Shown piece after piece: positions 1 to 11,630 of a stretch of 64,000 bases of DNA. Each line of letters begins with the position of its first letter. The stretch's first letter is position 1. Source of the stretch: Mobula birostris. Taxonomy: Eukaryota. The position numbers and the translations under genes were made by a program. The notes under the pieces were generated by a model. It was not told where the DNA came from, searched no databases, and worked only from the letters and a program-made list of their open reading frames with translations. The stretch spans positions 87,866,733-87,930,732 of the forward strand of contig NC_092376.1 of assembly GCF_030028105.1 (NCBI RefSeq), in the 5' to 3' direction.

Positions 1-29
1 AAATATTTTTAATTCCTAATTTTTCCTCA

Positions 30-130
30 TCTTATCAAATGTCATTACCCTGACATGTTATGTTTCCTTCTCCATAGATGCTGCCTAACTACTACGTACT
101 GTAGATCCAACTTTTACAGTTATCTTTGCT
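30..130 (+). mobile_element. Degenerate Penelope-type 3' repeat fragment
   Basis: tccatagatgctgcctaact resembles the tagatgctgcctgrcctgctg motif of the intact copy at 57993-58154. Confidence 0.4.
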
Positions 131-1818
131 TGAGTAAATAAACCATCTGTTTCCAAAGGCCTGTGTGTAGATATAAGGTCATTAGAAATTGAATCAGTTG
201 TGAGATGAGGAAACTTAGTTTTGCACAAGTGATAGGAATTTTGACCCTCCATGGGTGATTTGAACTGATTAAATAATGGCTTTCAAACTGGTATTAGATG
301 AATACTTGGAATGGGGTTACAGGGACCGGGCAGGGAGTCAAACTAACTCGATTGCTTCTCAGAAGAGTTGAGCCCAGAGCTTCCTTTAACACCATGAAAG
401 TATTTTGTTTGGGAAATTTCACTAGGATTTTAAAGGATGAAAGGAAAGAGATTAATCAAAAAATTCACATGGCAGACTGAAGACAGAGTAAACGATTATT
501 ATGTGGATTGTGGAACAAATTTGCTGTCCACTCTTAGAGATCAGATGTGTTTTATTGTTTAACTGTAGGGTGGTTGAGCCGATTTTTCTGGTTCTACCTG
601 GGTTAATATAGGTGACTCTTTGAGTTGATGTGTTGTGATGTGTTCACGAATGATTAATGACTCGGATAATCACAGAGGGTTTTCCAAGTGATGGCTTGCA
701 CTTGCTTGCAAGAATAACAGAGAATCAATAAAGATAATTAAAATCTTCCCATCTGGTAATATAAAAAGTGCAAAAGCACACCGAGAATGGTGATTAGTTG
801 TCCATTTTTTAGCAAATGGGAAACCTGGCAGATCAAAGTCCATTGCAATAAAAACTCCCTTCATAAAATTCTGCATTTTTAAGAGGCAGCCAGAGGCACA
901 GAAGGAGCAAATAAAATCTTTAAACGGCAGTTTGAGTTCTGTTAATTGACTTGCTGCTTATCCATCATGATGCAAACTGCATGGAAAAAAATTGCAGCAA
1001 TTAATCAATGCTACAATCTGATCTTACAGCATCTAAAGTCACTTCAACCAAATTCCTTATATACGGATATCTGCTGATCCCTGTATTGTGCATGGGTACA
1101 AGACTCATTTCCCCTTTTATGGCTTTCTCCTTGTGTCTAGGTTCACATTTGGTCTGGGTATAAATGCAATATATGGCTTTGAAAGATAAAGGATTTTAGC
1201 AAAGCTGATTTTAATGGAAATATACTTTTAACCATCCATTCTTTCATTATTCTTTCTCACATTGGCTTTTTAACCAATTCAAACTGGGAGAAATCCCTTC
1301 TGTTTATGTTACTTATCAAATCTCAGTTTTATGTTTCTTCCATCGTTTTGGCTTCAGCCCATTTTCTTTCTTGATTTTATTCTCCCAGTTTTCTTTTGCC
1401 TTTGTTTGCCTAAGATAATTGCTGCAATTACAGATTTCTTAGAAATTTAAAACCCGGTTTAAAGGTTTACATAAGGTCATAGATCCAGAATAAGGGCCTT
1501 TGGGGTTCCCTGAGTCAGCTTTGCCATTTGATCATGGCTGATTTCTTTTTCCCTCTCAATTCCATTCTCCGGCCTTCTCTCCAGAACTTTTGATGCCCTG
1601 TATAATCAAGAACCTATCAACTTTTGCTGTAAAATATACTCAATGACATATCCCCCACCCTCTAGCTAAAGAAATTCCTTCTCTTCTAACAGGACACCTT
1701 TATATTCTGAGGCTGTGCCCTCTGGTTCTAGACTTTTTGACTATTTGAAATAATCTTCTCCATTTCCACTCTATCTAGGCCTTTCAATATTCAACAAATT
1801 TCATCGAGATCCCCCTTA

Positions 1819-2843
1819 GGCTACGTCCACACTACGCCGGATAATTTTGAAAACGCCGGTTTCGAGTAAACACGACAGGCGTCCACACTAAGCGTTTTTC
1901 AAAATATCTCTGTCCACATTAGATGGATATTTGGGTGAATCTTCTCCTACTGGGCATGTGCAGGACACACAGAAAACAAGCGAAGAGGAAACGATGTACT
2001 TGGTGCGCGTTTGTCCAGTTACAGAGTAGAAAAACTTAAAAGGACTTGCTCTTGGCTCTCGCGCAGGAGGACTTAAAACTAAAAAAAAAACAAATACTGG
2101 AGCGTATGGAGGCAACCGACAGGGAGTTCACAGACAGTATGACCCAGCTGACGACGAACATTGAAAAACTGACTAACTCTGTTGCATTAATAAAGCACCT
2201 TGTTAAATGTATAAAACGTCTGCATCGGTGTTATCTTGTATTTCCAGACAATGTTACATTAGGCTGTTACACATCTATTGTCAGAGAAGTACTTGCATAA
2301 ATAGGTGAACCACCTTCATACAAGAAAGGACAGAAAACAGGGCAAAGTGAGTATAGTTATTTATTCAGTAAGCTATGGGTCAAAGTATTTGGTGAGTACA
2401 TTTCTAACCCTCCTGGCTTCAGTCTCGTTGCCGTCTGTTCTGAAATTTTTAGGGGGGTGCATTCAAGAAGACAACAAAATGCCGCGCTGCAGCTATCTAT
2501 TCCAGCACGTCATGACAGTGTTTTTAAATAGTCAAAAAAGCTCACTTTACAATTTAACTCTCACGCCGTTCACACTGCGCATTATAACAGCTTGCGCAGT
2601 ACCAAGCAGAAGCAGAAAAAGCATTGTTGTTGTGGTGTTGTCATGACAGCGTTTTTAAATCTCTCCGGTTACCCGTACAGACTACAACAGATATTAAGCG
2701 TTTTCAGATTTATTCACTCTGGAGATCGTTTCTGAAAATCTCTGTTTTCGGGGGATGAAAACGCCATTTCAGTGTGGACAGGAGGTCAAAACGAAGAGAA
2801 AAAGCTTCATTTTCAAAATTATCCAGCGTAGTGTGGACGCACC
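1819..2843. mobile_element. Non-autonomous PIF/Harbinger-type DNA transposon
   Basis: About 35-bp TIRs: ggctacgtccacactacgccggataattttgaaaa at left, and the right end reads ggtgcgtccacactacgctggataattttgaaaa on the - strand. Subterminal gtccacact repeats at both ends. CpG-rich, splits a CR1 cleanly. The 3-bp TSD is imperfect. Confidence 0.8.
2046..2190 (+). pseudogene. Coiled-coil remnant, probably of the Harbinger Myb/SANT(MADF)-like accessory protein
   Basis: LLALAQEDLKLKKKQILERMEATDREFTDSMTQLTTNIEKLTNSVA lies between the TIRs and has a heptad pattern; family assignment is from recall of similar C-termini. Confidence 0.45.
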
Positions 2844-3595
2844 TCTGATCTTCTAAACTCCAATGAGGAGCAGCTCAGAGCCATCAAACACTTTTCATAT
2901 GTTAATCCTGGGATCATTCAACTCAGGAAGAAATGCCAGCACATCCCTTCTTAGAAATGATGCTCAAAACTGCTGACAATAACCTAAATGTGGTCTGACC
3001 AATGCCGTATGAAGTCTTACCAATGAGCAGCTCCATATATAGTTTCAACATCGCATTCTTGTTTTGATGTTTCAGCCCTCTTGAAATGATTGTTAATGGT
3101 GCTTTTGGCTTTCTTACTACCAATTCAACCTGCAATTTAACTATTACAGGATCCTGCGCTAGGATTTATAAGTCCCTTTGAAACTTTGAATTCAGTCCCC
3201 ATTCAAAAAGTAGTCTGCACCTTTAATCTGTGATCTTTCTTCCAAAGTGCACTTTCCCACACAGTATTCCATCTTCTGCTTCTTTACCCATTAATCTCTT
3301 AATCTCTCCTTCTACAGACTCTCTGCTTCCTCAACATTACCTGTCCATCTACCTATCATTGCATCAAGTGCAAACTTGGCCAGAAAACATCAAGTCCATC
3401 ATCCAAATCATTAACATGTAATGTGTAAAGTAGGGGACCCAACATCAGCTCCAGTGGAACAACACTAGTCACCAGCAGCCAACCAGAATTGACCCCTTTT
3501 CTTCCAACTCTGTCTTCTGCAGGTCAACCAATCTTCTGTCCATGCTAGTATTTCCTGTAATATCCTGAGTTCTTATCTTGTTTAGCAGTATCATA

Positions 3596-4125
3596 CAAAA
3601 GTACAAAGTGCAAAGTAAATTTATCATCAAAGTACATACTGTATAGTGTATGCCATCATTTACCACCCTGAAATTCATTTTATTTGGTGGGAATTCACAG
3701 TAAACAGAAAGAAACACGATAGAATCAATGAAAAACTGCACACAACAACGAGAGACAAACAATGTGCAAAAGAGGACAATACATATTGATAACATGAGCT
3801 TTAGAGTCCATAGGTTGTGGAATCAGTTCAGTGATTGCAGTACGTGAAGTTATCCACTCTGGCTTGAGAGTCTGGTGTCTGAGGGGTAATAACTGTTCCT
3901 GAACCTGGTGATGAGACCTCAGTCTCCTGTACTGCATTCCTGATGGCAGCAGAGAGAAGAGAGCATGGCCTGGATGGTGGGGTCCTTGATGATGGATGCT
4001 GCTTTCATGTGACAGCGCTCACAGGTGGGGAGAGCTTTACCTGTAATGGAGTGGCCTGTATCCATTACGCTTACTTGGCTTTTCCATTCAAGGACATTGG
4101 TGTTTCCATACCAGGCCATGTGCAA
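3596..4125 (-). mobile_element. Rex1/Babar-type LINE 3' fragment
   Basis: Frameshifted C-terminus KAASIIKDPT-(HPGHAL)-SLLPSGMQYRRLRS; tail gaatttcagggtggta...tttgatgataaatttactttg. Confidence 0.7.
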
Positions 4126-4183
4126 CGACTTATCAAAGGCCTTCTGAAAATCAGGTAAACAACATCCACCGACTCTTCTTTGT

Positions 4184-4810
4184 TAGGATGAGATAAACCC
4201 AACACTGAACTAACAATGTCTGAAAGAGAAGAGTAGGGGTTACACAGATTGCTGTCACAGGAAACTAGGAGAGGTTGAGAACAGCTTCAGGCTGGGCAGC
4301 GAGGTCTCGGTCTGGAGCGTATCACTAGGCGGCGAGGTCTGGGCCCAGAGTATATTGCTGCAGCAAGGCCCAGCCTTAATGCAAGGTACGATTTGCTGTT
4401 TGGACAATTTAAACACTGGCACAGATAGACTGGAAAGTCAGTGTGTTGGGACTGGAGGCGAGGGTCGGGTCGTTTTCATTCTGAGGCTGTGAGACTGTCT
4501 TGGCTGCAGTGCTTCATGTCTGCGAGCTTCATGGCACTGTGCCCCACTAATACGACGAACTAAGACTGAGGAACTTGGATCCATGGACTCAAGTTGGTTC
4601 AGAATTCTGCTGCTCGTTTCTATTGTTTGCATGATTTGTATTTTTTCTCTTTCTTTGCACATTGAGTATTGGTCTTTATTTTATATTTTTGTTACTGGGT
4701 TCTTTCGGGTTTCTTGCTTTATAGTTGCCTGTAAGGAGACGCATCTCAATGGTTGTATAATTTATATATACTTTGATAATAAATGTGTTTTGAGTCTTGG
4801 CATCTTTGAA
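4184..4810 (+). mobile_element. Non-autonomous Rex1-type retroposon with non-coding body
   Basis: 3' tail (ggttgtataa...ctttgataataaatgtgttttga) matches the Rex-type LINE tails in the window; no RT coding. Confidence 0.55.
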
Positions 4811-5032
4811 AGAGTTGCAAACAAAATATTAACAGTTAAGAAAAATGGTGCCACTGAACTTTTAAATGAATTTGAAAAATTTACATTCCCAAAGAAGACA
4901 CATTGACAGAAAAATAATTTTACTACTTTTATACAATCATTCAAAAACATTGCACTATCCCTAATGTTGCATTTCTTAAAAGCCCCATAAATATAATCTT
5001 CTTTTGTGAGTTTTGCATTGCTGTGTTGTCAG

Positions 5033-5231
5033 GTCTCCACACAGCATCAGCTTTAACACATCTTATTTCATTGATCCGTTGGAAAGTCCCACAGCCTTTA
5101 GAATCACAGTTACAAGCTCAACAACCAGCCCTTGCATGTCAGAAGCAGCACTCTTCCAGCCACTGGAGAGTGATTCAGTTTTAAGGATGGATGCTATAAA
5201 TACAGCAGAAGGAAGAATGAGTCCTTCACAG
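5033..5231 (+). CDS. Candidate host-gene exon, product unknown
   Basis: Acceptor tgtgttgtcag| and consensus donor CAG|GTGAGT; one frame is open throughout (SPHSISFNTSYFIDPLESPTAFRITVTSSTTSPCMSEAALFQPLESDSVLRMDAINTAEGRMSPSQ); non-repetitive context. Confidence 0.4.
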
Positions 5232-5675
5232 GTGAGTATGAACATTAGATATAGGAGCAGAACTAGCTCACCTGGCCATCGCGTCCTTCCCTGACATGCT
5301 GCTGATGAATGGTGCCTGCAGAAGGTCTTACCCAATTCCTTGAGACCGTTCTCTGTTCAAGGGAGACCCTCCATCTTTACAAGGAGGCACTTCAAACACC
5401 CTTTTAAAAATTATTCTGTACAAGCCTGCAATAGTACAAACCCATGCTCCTACTATGCCTCCTTCTGTAGTCTGAAGCAAAGAGAGATGAAGCCTTCTCT
5501 GCTGCTGTATGCATGCGCTGGAGCAGTGCACAGCAATGCTTGAGTTGCAGCAGGTTTACAATAATTCTGAGGTTTAGAAGTTGAGATTGACCATGTCAAA
5601 GAACGCTTTGGGTAAACCACTGCAAGTATGGATGGCCCTTTCTTTAAAGGTTGCAGGAGTTAAAACAGACACATT

Positions 5676-5758
5676 TTCAAAGTTTCAAGGTACATTTATT
5701 ATCAAAGAATGTATAAATCATACAACCTTGAGATTTGTTTGCTTACAGGCAGTCACAA
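5676..5758 (-). mobile_element. Short Rex1-type 3' tail fragment
   Basis: ttcaaggtacatttattatcaaagaatgtataaatcatacaaccttgagattt is the reverse complement of the shared tail. Confidence 0.5.
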
Positions 5759-6309
5759 ATGAACTGTTGTTTCTAGGTGTGTTGAACAATTGCTTATGAC
5801 GCTTAAGTCATATCAATCATAAAATTAAATTCAATTCATTCTGACAGAAGATATCACCTTCAATAAAATTGAGAACAATTCATCCTTCCTTGCTTCAATA
5901 AAGACTTATTTTGGGAGTACATTACAAAGCTACTGTTGAAATGCACATTTAAAGAAATGGCAATTCTGACCCACTGGCTCAAACATTCATTCTCACAATG
6001 TGGAAAAAAATAGGCTTAACCTGCACTTGAATAATATTACTCTGATTTCCAAGCACCTATATTTAATTAAATATCTAATCTACTTGTTGAGAAACATTTC
6101 CTGCTGTCATCCTTCTCAATTTTCATCAACTGAAATGTGTCTAAATTTCAGGATTTCCACCCTTCACCAATGGCAGGCTGGTGATTTGTTTCCAGGTTAG
6201 GATTGCATGCATTTTTATGAGAAACCTACTGCCTCTGCCCTTCCTGTTGGCAGATGCCAGAGGTTTGGAAAGTGCTGTTGGGTTTGCTTGAGTGAGTTAT
6301 ATCTGATAA

Positions 6310-6370
6310 GAGAAGCACAGACAAGATGCTGGAGGAATTCTGCAGGTCAGGCAGAATCTACAGAAGTGAA
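6310..6370 (-). mobile_element. Penelope-type repeat fragment
   Basis: aagatgctggaggaattctgcaggtcaggcagaatcta is the reverse complement of the tagatgctgcctgacctgc motif. Confidence 0.5.
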
Positions 6371-6374
6371 TTAC

Positions 6375-7070
6375 TATCACCCATTGTCGTCTCACTCAAT
6401 CTCAGTGGAAAAAGCCTGCATGCATTTACCCTGTCTAGTCCTCTCATAGTTTTGTATACTTCTAGCAAATCTCCCCTCAATCTTCTACATTCTAAGGAGT
6501 AAAGTCCTAAGCTAGTCAACGTTTCCCTATAATGCAGGTCCTCCAGTCCTGGCATCATTCTTGTAAGTTCTTTTCTGCACTCTTTCAATCCTGTTTACAT
6601 CTTTCCTGTAAGTAGGTGACCAAATATAGATGCATTACTCCAAATTAGGGCTGACTAATAATTTCAACGTAACATCCCAACATCTGTACTCAATACATTG
6701 ATTTTTGAAGTCCAATGTGTCAAAAGTTTTCTTTATGACCCTATCTACCTGTGACACCACTTTAAAATAATTATGGATTTGTGTTCCTGGATCCCTCTGT
6801 TCTATTGCACTCCTCACTGCCTAAGCACTCACATGTTAGATCTATCCTGGTTGGTCCTCCCTAAATGCAACACCTCACAATTTTCTGCACTATCTTACAT
6901 CTGCCATTTTTCAGCCTAATTTTCCAGCAGGTCTAGATCCCGCCACAAGCTTTGATAGTCTTCCTCACTGTCCACTACATCCCCAACCTTGGTGGCATCC
7001 ACAAATCTGCAGATCCAGCTTACTGCATTATCATTCCGATTGTTGATATAGGTGACAAACAACAGCAGAC
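6375..7070 (-). mobile_element. CR1 LINE ORF2 C-terminal fragment
   Basis: ORF translations LGLYSLECRRLRGDLLEVYK and SQVDRVIKK...LVSPNLE. Confidence 0.85.
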
Positions 7071-7075
7071 GTACG

Positions 7076-7383
7076 GAATCAGTAGGTGAAAAACACTAGG
7101 AATATGCTGAATTAAAAGTGGAAATTGAAAGACTTTGGAACATGAACAGGGTATACATTGCCCCAGTAGTAATATCTACAAGTGGTATCATCACAAAGTC
7201 ACTACACTATAGCATTTAACAATTTGGTCTACACAGTAATATTTATGTAAATCTCCAGAAAGCCACAATGCTAAACACCACTAGAACAGAAGGAATGCTT
7301 CTAGCAATTGAGAAATGAGTGTGCTTGGCTATGCCCATACCACTGGTTTTACCTGCTTGAGATGAGAGAAAATAATAATAATA
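7076..7383 (+). mobile_element. R4/Dong-clade (RLE) non-LTR retrotransposon 3' fragment
   Basis: Frame from 7076: EKH*EYAELKVEIERLWNMNRVYIAPVVISTSGIITKSLH...NLQKATMLNTTR..., stop 7316-7318, short UTR, (TAA)n tail; matches the R4/Dong C-terminal pattern EKxxKYxxLxxEIxRLW...LQKAxxLxT. Confidence 0.75.
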
Positions 7384-8189
7384 TAACACTATTGTATTAA
7401 TTAGAATGACTTACAGGAATGCGAGAGAACTTTTTCCATTACAAACATCTGACATGAATCTAGTCAATAGTCAGAGAGCCACAGCAAGGTCTAAGGCTAC
7501 AAAACCAATTCTGAAGTCTACTGGTGGCCAGAATTCATTACACACTTGTCAATTTGGAACAGCTTGCGATTCAGTTGCCAGTGCAGAGATCACATTTTGA
7601 TAACAAGACAAAAAGACAAAAGCAGTTTCAAATGACAACAGAAGTGAGGAATGAAGAACAAAAATTAATTTAAGCAATAAGAAACAAAGATTATACGGTA
7701 TCCATTCTGTAACAGAAGTAAACAGACTCTTGAATAAAGGTGTTGATTGACAACTAATGCACTAATGTGTGAATTGATACTGCAGCAGTCTGTTTGACAA
7801 TGAGTCAAAACACAAGTACAGTCAGATACCAATGATAGAGAGCATTGTTAAACTGAAAATCTGGTCTGAATTACAGAAATGAGGAAATTATAAAAAGTAC
7901 AGCTAATATCATTGTAACAAACTCTGAAAAAGTAAGATTTATATGAATGAACTGATTGAGACAATTCATACTAGATTAGGAGATTTTTTTCTGTACTGAT
8001 ACTTCAGAGTTGCATCTTGTCACATAGCTGAAAAATTATAACACGTATAAACTCATTTTCCAAATTTATTGATGGCCTATCAACAATTTTTGAAGTACAT
8101 GTAGACTTGTGTGAAAGAGGAAAATAAATATCATGGTACTGTCGATTGCCACTTAAAATGGTTTAAGTTAAAACACAAGGCCCGAGATC

Positions 8190-8570
8190 TATATTCTCTG
8201 GAGTGCAGGAGAAAGGGGGGTGACCTCAGGGAAGTTTAAACAATCCTGAAGGATATGGATAAGGTGGATTCCAAAATTTGAGGACACAGATGCAAGATAC
8301 AAGGGTACAATTTAAAATAAAAAGACCTGAGAGGCAACATTCTTTACACAGAAGGCAGTGAGTACATGGATGAATTGCCATATGATGTTGTCGAGGCAGG
8401 TACAACTGCAATGTTTAAGATGTAGTTGGATAAGCAAATAGAGGAGAGAGGCTTAGAGGGTTATAGGCCAAATGTGGGAAATGGGAACTAGCAGGAGGAT
8501 GCTGTGTTTGGCATAGAGCAATCAGGCCAAAGGCACTGTTTTTACGCTGTATAACTTTATGGCTCTAAGG
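8190..8570 (+). mobile_element. CR1 3' fragment
   Basis: tattctctggagtgcaggaga...tctttacacaga...ggccaaaggcactgtttttacgctgtataactttatggctcta tail. Confidence 0.7.
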
Positions 8571-8899
8571 CTCTTTGGCATGGGTTCATGCATCACAACC
8601 GAATGTGCCAAACATGAGGTAACATCTTTACATGCATCTCAAAGCAAAACTGAAGAACTTGTTTCTGACACTTTCCCTGAATTTTAATCAAATCTTTTCA
8701 CATACTTTATCAAAACAAATAGTATCAGAAATGTATTTCATTTTATTCATTTATATTCAAATGGAGCAAATGAAAGATCAGTCAGAAAAAAATTATGGAA
8801 GCTCTTAAGAAGAATTAAGGAGTGGCATGGCCATGCAGTGGCTAGTGGCTTTCAGACCAGCAATGGGGATTCAACACCAGTGCTGCACAAGGGTTTGGC

Positions 8900-9450
8900 T
8901 CTATCCCCTGTTCTATTCCTTATACTTCATGGCTGCATGGCCAGTTTCTGCACAAACTCCATCTACAAGTTTGTAGGTGATACCACCACAGTGAGTCACA
9001 TCTTCAATAATGATGAACTGGAGAATGAGAGTTTAGCAACACGGTTCCATGACAACAATCTTCCCCTCACTGTCAGCACAACAAAGGAGCTGGTCATTGT
9101 AAACACAAAAGGGCATTGTTTCAGGGAGGGTGTTTGTCTGGCTGTCTGCATCAGTGGTGCTGACATTGAGAGGGTTGGGAGCTTAAAGTTCCCAGGAGTG
9201 AGCATCACCAATAGCTTGTTCCAGTCCAACCACGTTGATGTCATGACCAAGACAGCTCACCAATGCCTCCACTTCTGCAGGAGATTAAAGAAGACTCATG
9301 CTCCTTAGGACTCTTCACAATTTTTACCAAAGCACCAGAGGAAGTATCCTATCTGGATGCACCACAGCTTGGCATGGAAACTGCCCAAGAATTGCAGATA
9401 CAGCTCAGTACGCCACAGAAACCAATCTCCCCTCCACGGACCCTGCCTCA
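8900..9450 (+). mobile_element. Rex1/Babar-type RT fragment
   Basis: SPVLFLILHGC...IYKFVGDTT (degenerate FADDT)...TKELVI...KFPGVSIT...AHQCLHFCRRLKK. Confidence 0.75.
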
Positions 9451-9552
9451 ATAAATCATCTAGTATCGTCAAAGATCCTACCCGCTCATTCAGAAATCAT
9501 CTCATTGTCCATACAAGCTCTTGCGCCTGTAAAAGCATTATATAAATATAAT

Positions 9553-9946
9553 TTCAGGATCGGAATCAGGTTTAACATCGCTGACATATGTCGTGAAATT
9601 TGTTAACTTAGTGGCAGCAGTTCAATGCAATACATGATAATATAGAAAAAAATAAGTAAATCATTACACTAAGTATATATATGTATATTAAATAGTTAAG
9701 TTAAAATTATTGCGAAAACTGAAATAATATATATTAAAAAAGGGAGGTAGTGTTCAAGGGTTCAATGTCCATTTAGGAATCAGATGGCAGAGGGGAAAAT
9801 GCTTTTTCTGAATCGCTGACTGTGAGTCTTCAGGCTTCTGTACCTCCTACCTGATGGTAACAGTGAGAAAGGGGCATGCCCTGGGTGCTGGGGGTCCTTA
9901 ATAATGGATGCTGCCTTTCTGAGACACCACTCCCTGAAGATGTCTT
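9553..9946 (-). mobile_element. Rex1-type LINE 3' end
   Basis: Reverse complement encodes RKAASIIKDPQHPGHAPFSLLPSGRRYRSLK; same family as 51800-52340. Confidence 0.7.
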
Positions 9947-11630
9947 GTGCAGAGGCTAGAACCTGTATGCCCTCCTCTCTATCTGGGATTCTACCAACAA
10001 TGGTTGCAATTTTAGCTTTATGTTAAGCAAGTCTAGATAAAATGCATCCTAAATGTCATTACAAGCACACAGACAGATATCTCTGATGGTGTTAGGATAA
10101 TGTTTATGTGCTTGACCTGCAGAGTATTCAGAGAAGGGGCATGGAAATAGCAGACTTGTTTGAAAATGACTTTGTCGATGTGGCATTTGCTTTTGGTGCA
10201 TCACATTGATTTACAGCAGATAATTATTGGCTGAAATTTCTCATTTATCAGTGTTCTATCAGCCACTTATGCTGCAGTCTAAATGGCATATCAGGTTTTC
10301 GTGTAATAAGAAGCTTTGCTGAATGGTTGAGGTCATAAACATGTGACTTGATTTACTGTGTATACACTCCAAGTGAGCGAAAAACAGGGGCTGCTGTGGA
10401 GAGGTGTTTACATTTACTGATGAGGCAGAGTCAGTTGGTTCAACAAGGAAAATCTCATTGCCCAGAGACAGACTACAGACCTTATTTTACAAAACAGACT
10501 TGCAAGACCTGTTGCCATTGCAAGGCTTGAGCATCATTCCAGTAACTAGACAAGCCTGATGCACCCATCAGTCCTTTTCTCTGGTGCTCCCCTATGTCAG
10601 AGGTGCTATTACAACAGAATTCTGAGGCCTTGTTAATAAATATTCCATCTCATGGCTATAAAGTTAATTTGTCAGCAAGACAGATTAATTTAAATGTCTT
10701 TTTGTGAAAATAATGGAAATAAGCTGTAGTTTCAGGTTAAATCCTTTTACAAAGTTGCATTCTTCTTTCTAATCCACTTGATTCCTCCCCTTCATCCAAT
10801 AAGTCTGCCTCATTTCCAGGGCCATATGCGCAACAGACTGAATATTAACGCCCAAAACTAGTAAGTTCGGGTCATATTTGAGATGAAAATGCATAATGAC
10901 AGCTCCGTGAGTCAATCCCATTTAATGGAGGTGCTACATGGGCCATCCAGTCACTCATCTGTGGAAGCAAGATGGCTCTTTAAGTATTATCACAATGCTA
11001 ATTGTCTTCATTCCATTTAACACACACATAATTCCAGAACTTCATTAATATCCTAGGTGAAAAAAACTGAATTGCTCAGGTCGAATCTTGCTCAGGTCCA
11101 GGAGAATTGAGAATTTTTTGCCCAGGCAATGCAAACAAACCAACTCACTGTGCATAGTCTATACATAGTTTCCCAAACAACTGGATGCCCTGACTAGCCC
11201 TGTGCTTTCAATCCCCATCAGAATCACTGTTTGCACCCAAGTGCTGACATCCTCTGCAATTTGTGAGCACTATCTGATCATTGTCCATTGTTTGCCCAAC
11301 TACTATCAAACACTCACAACTCGATCCAAGCTGCACTGAGCAGCAACAGCATTATGTCACTATCAGATGTACCAATATACCATCATTGTTCACCAATGCA
11401 TCCTGCCCTGATCAGTATTAGATACCCTTAACACAGTTGGAACAACTTTACCCCTGTTCCAAGCCACAAAGTCCCACTTGGATGCAGACTCACACTTCCC
11501 CAAACCTCAGACTGTTTCTTGCCCCCAAGCCGCACAGGATCCAATCCTATGTGATTGGGAATAGTGCTCCACACTATCAGGGAAACCTTTCAAAGTGATT
11601 TCCAAATTATTGACCTTTTGCCAGTACCTC

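Larger units (their letters stand above)
1470..4183 (-). mobile_element. Degenerate CR1 LINE 3' part, interrupted by Harbinger (1819-2843) and Rex-type (3596-4125) insertions
   Basis: CR1 3'UTR and ORF2 remnants (ccatttgatcatggctgat; ttcttctaaactcc-like; tcaaaggccttctgaaaatc) continue across both insertions. Confidence 0.7.
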
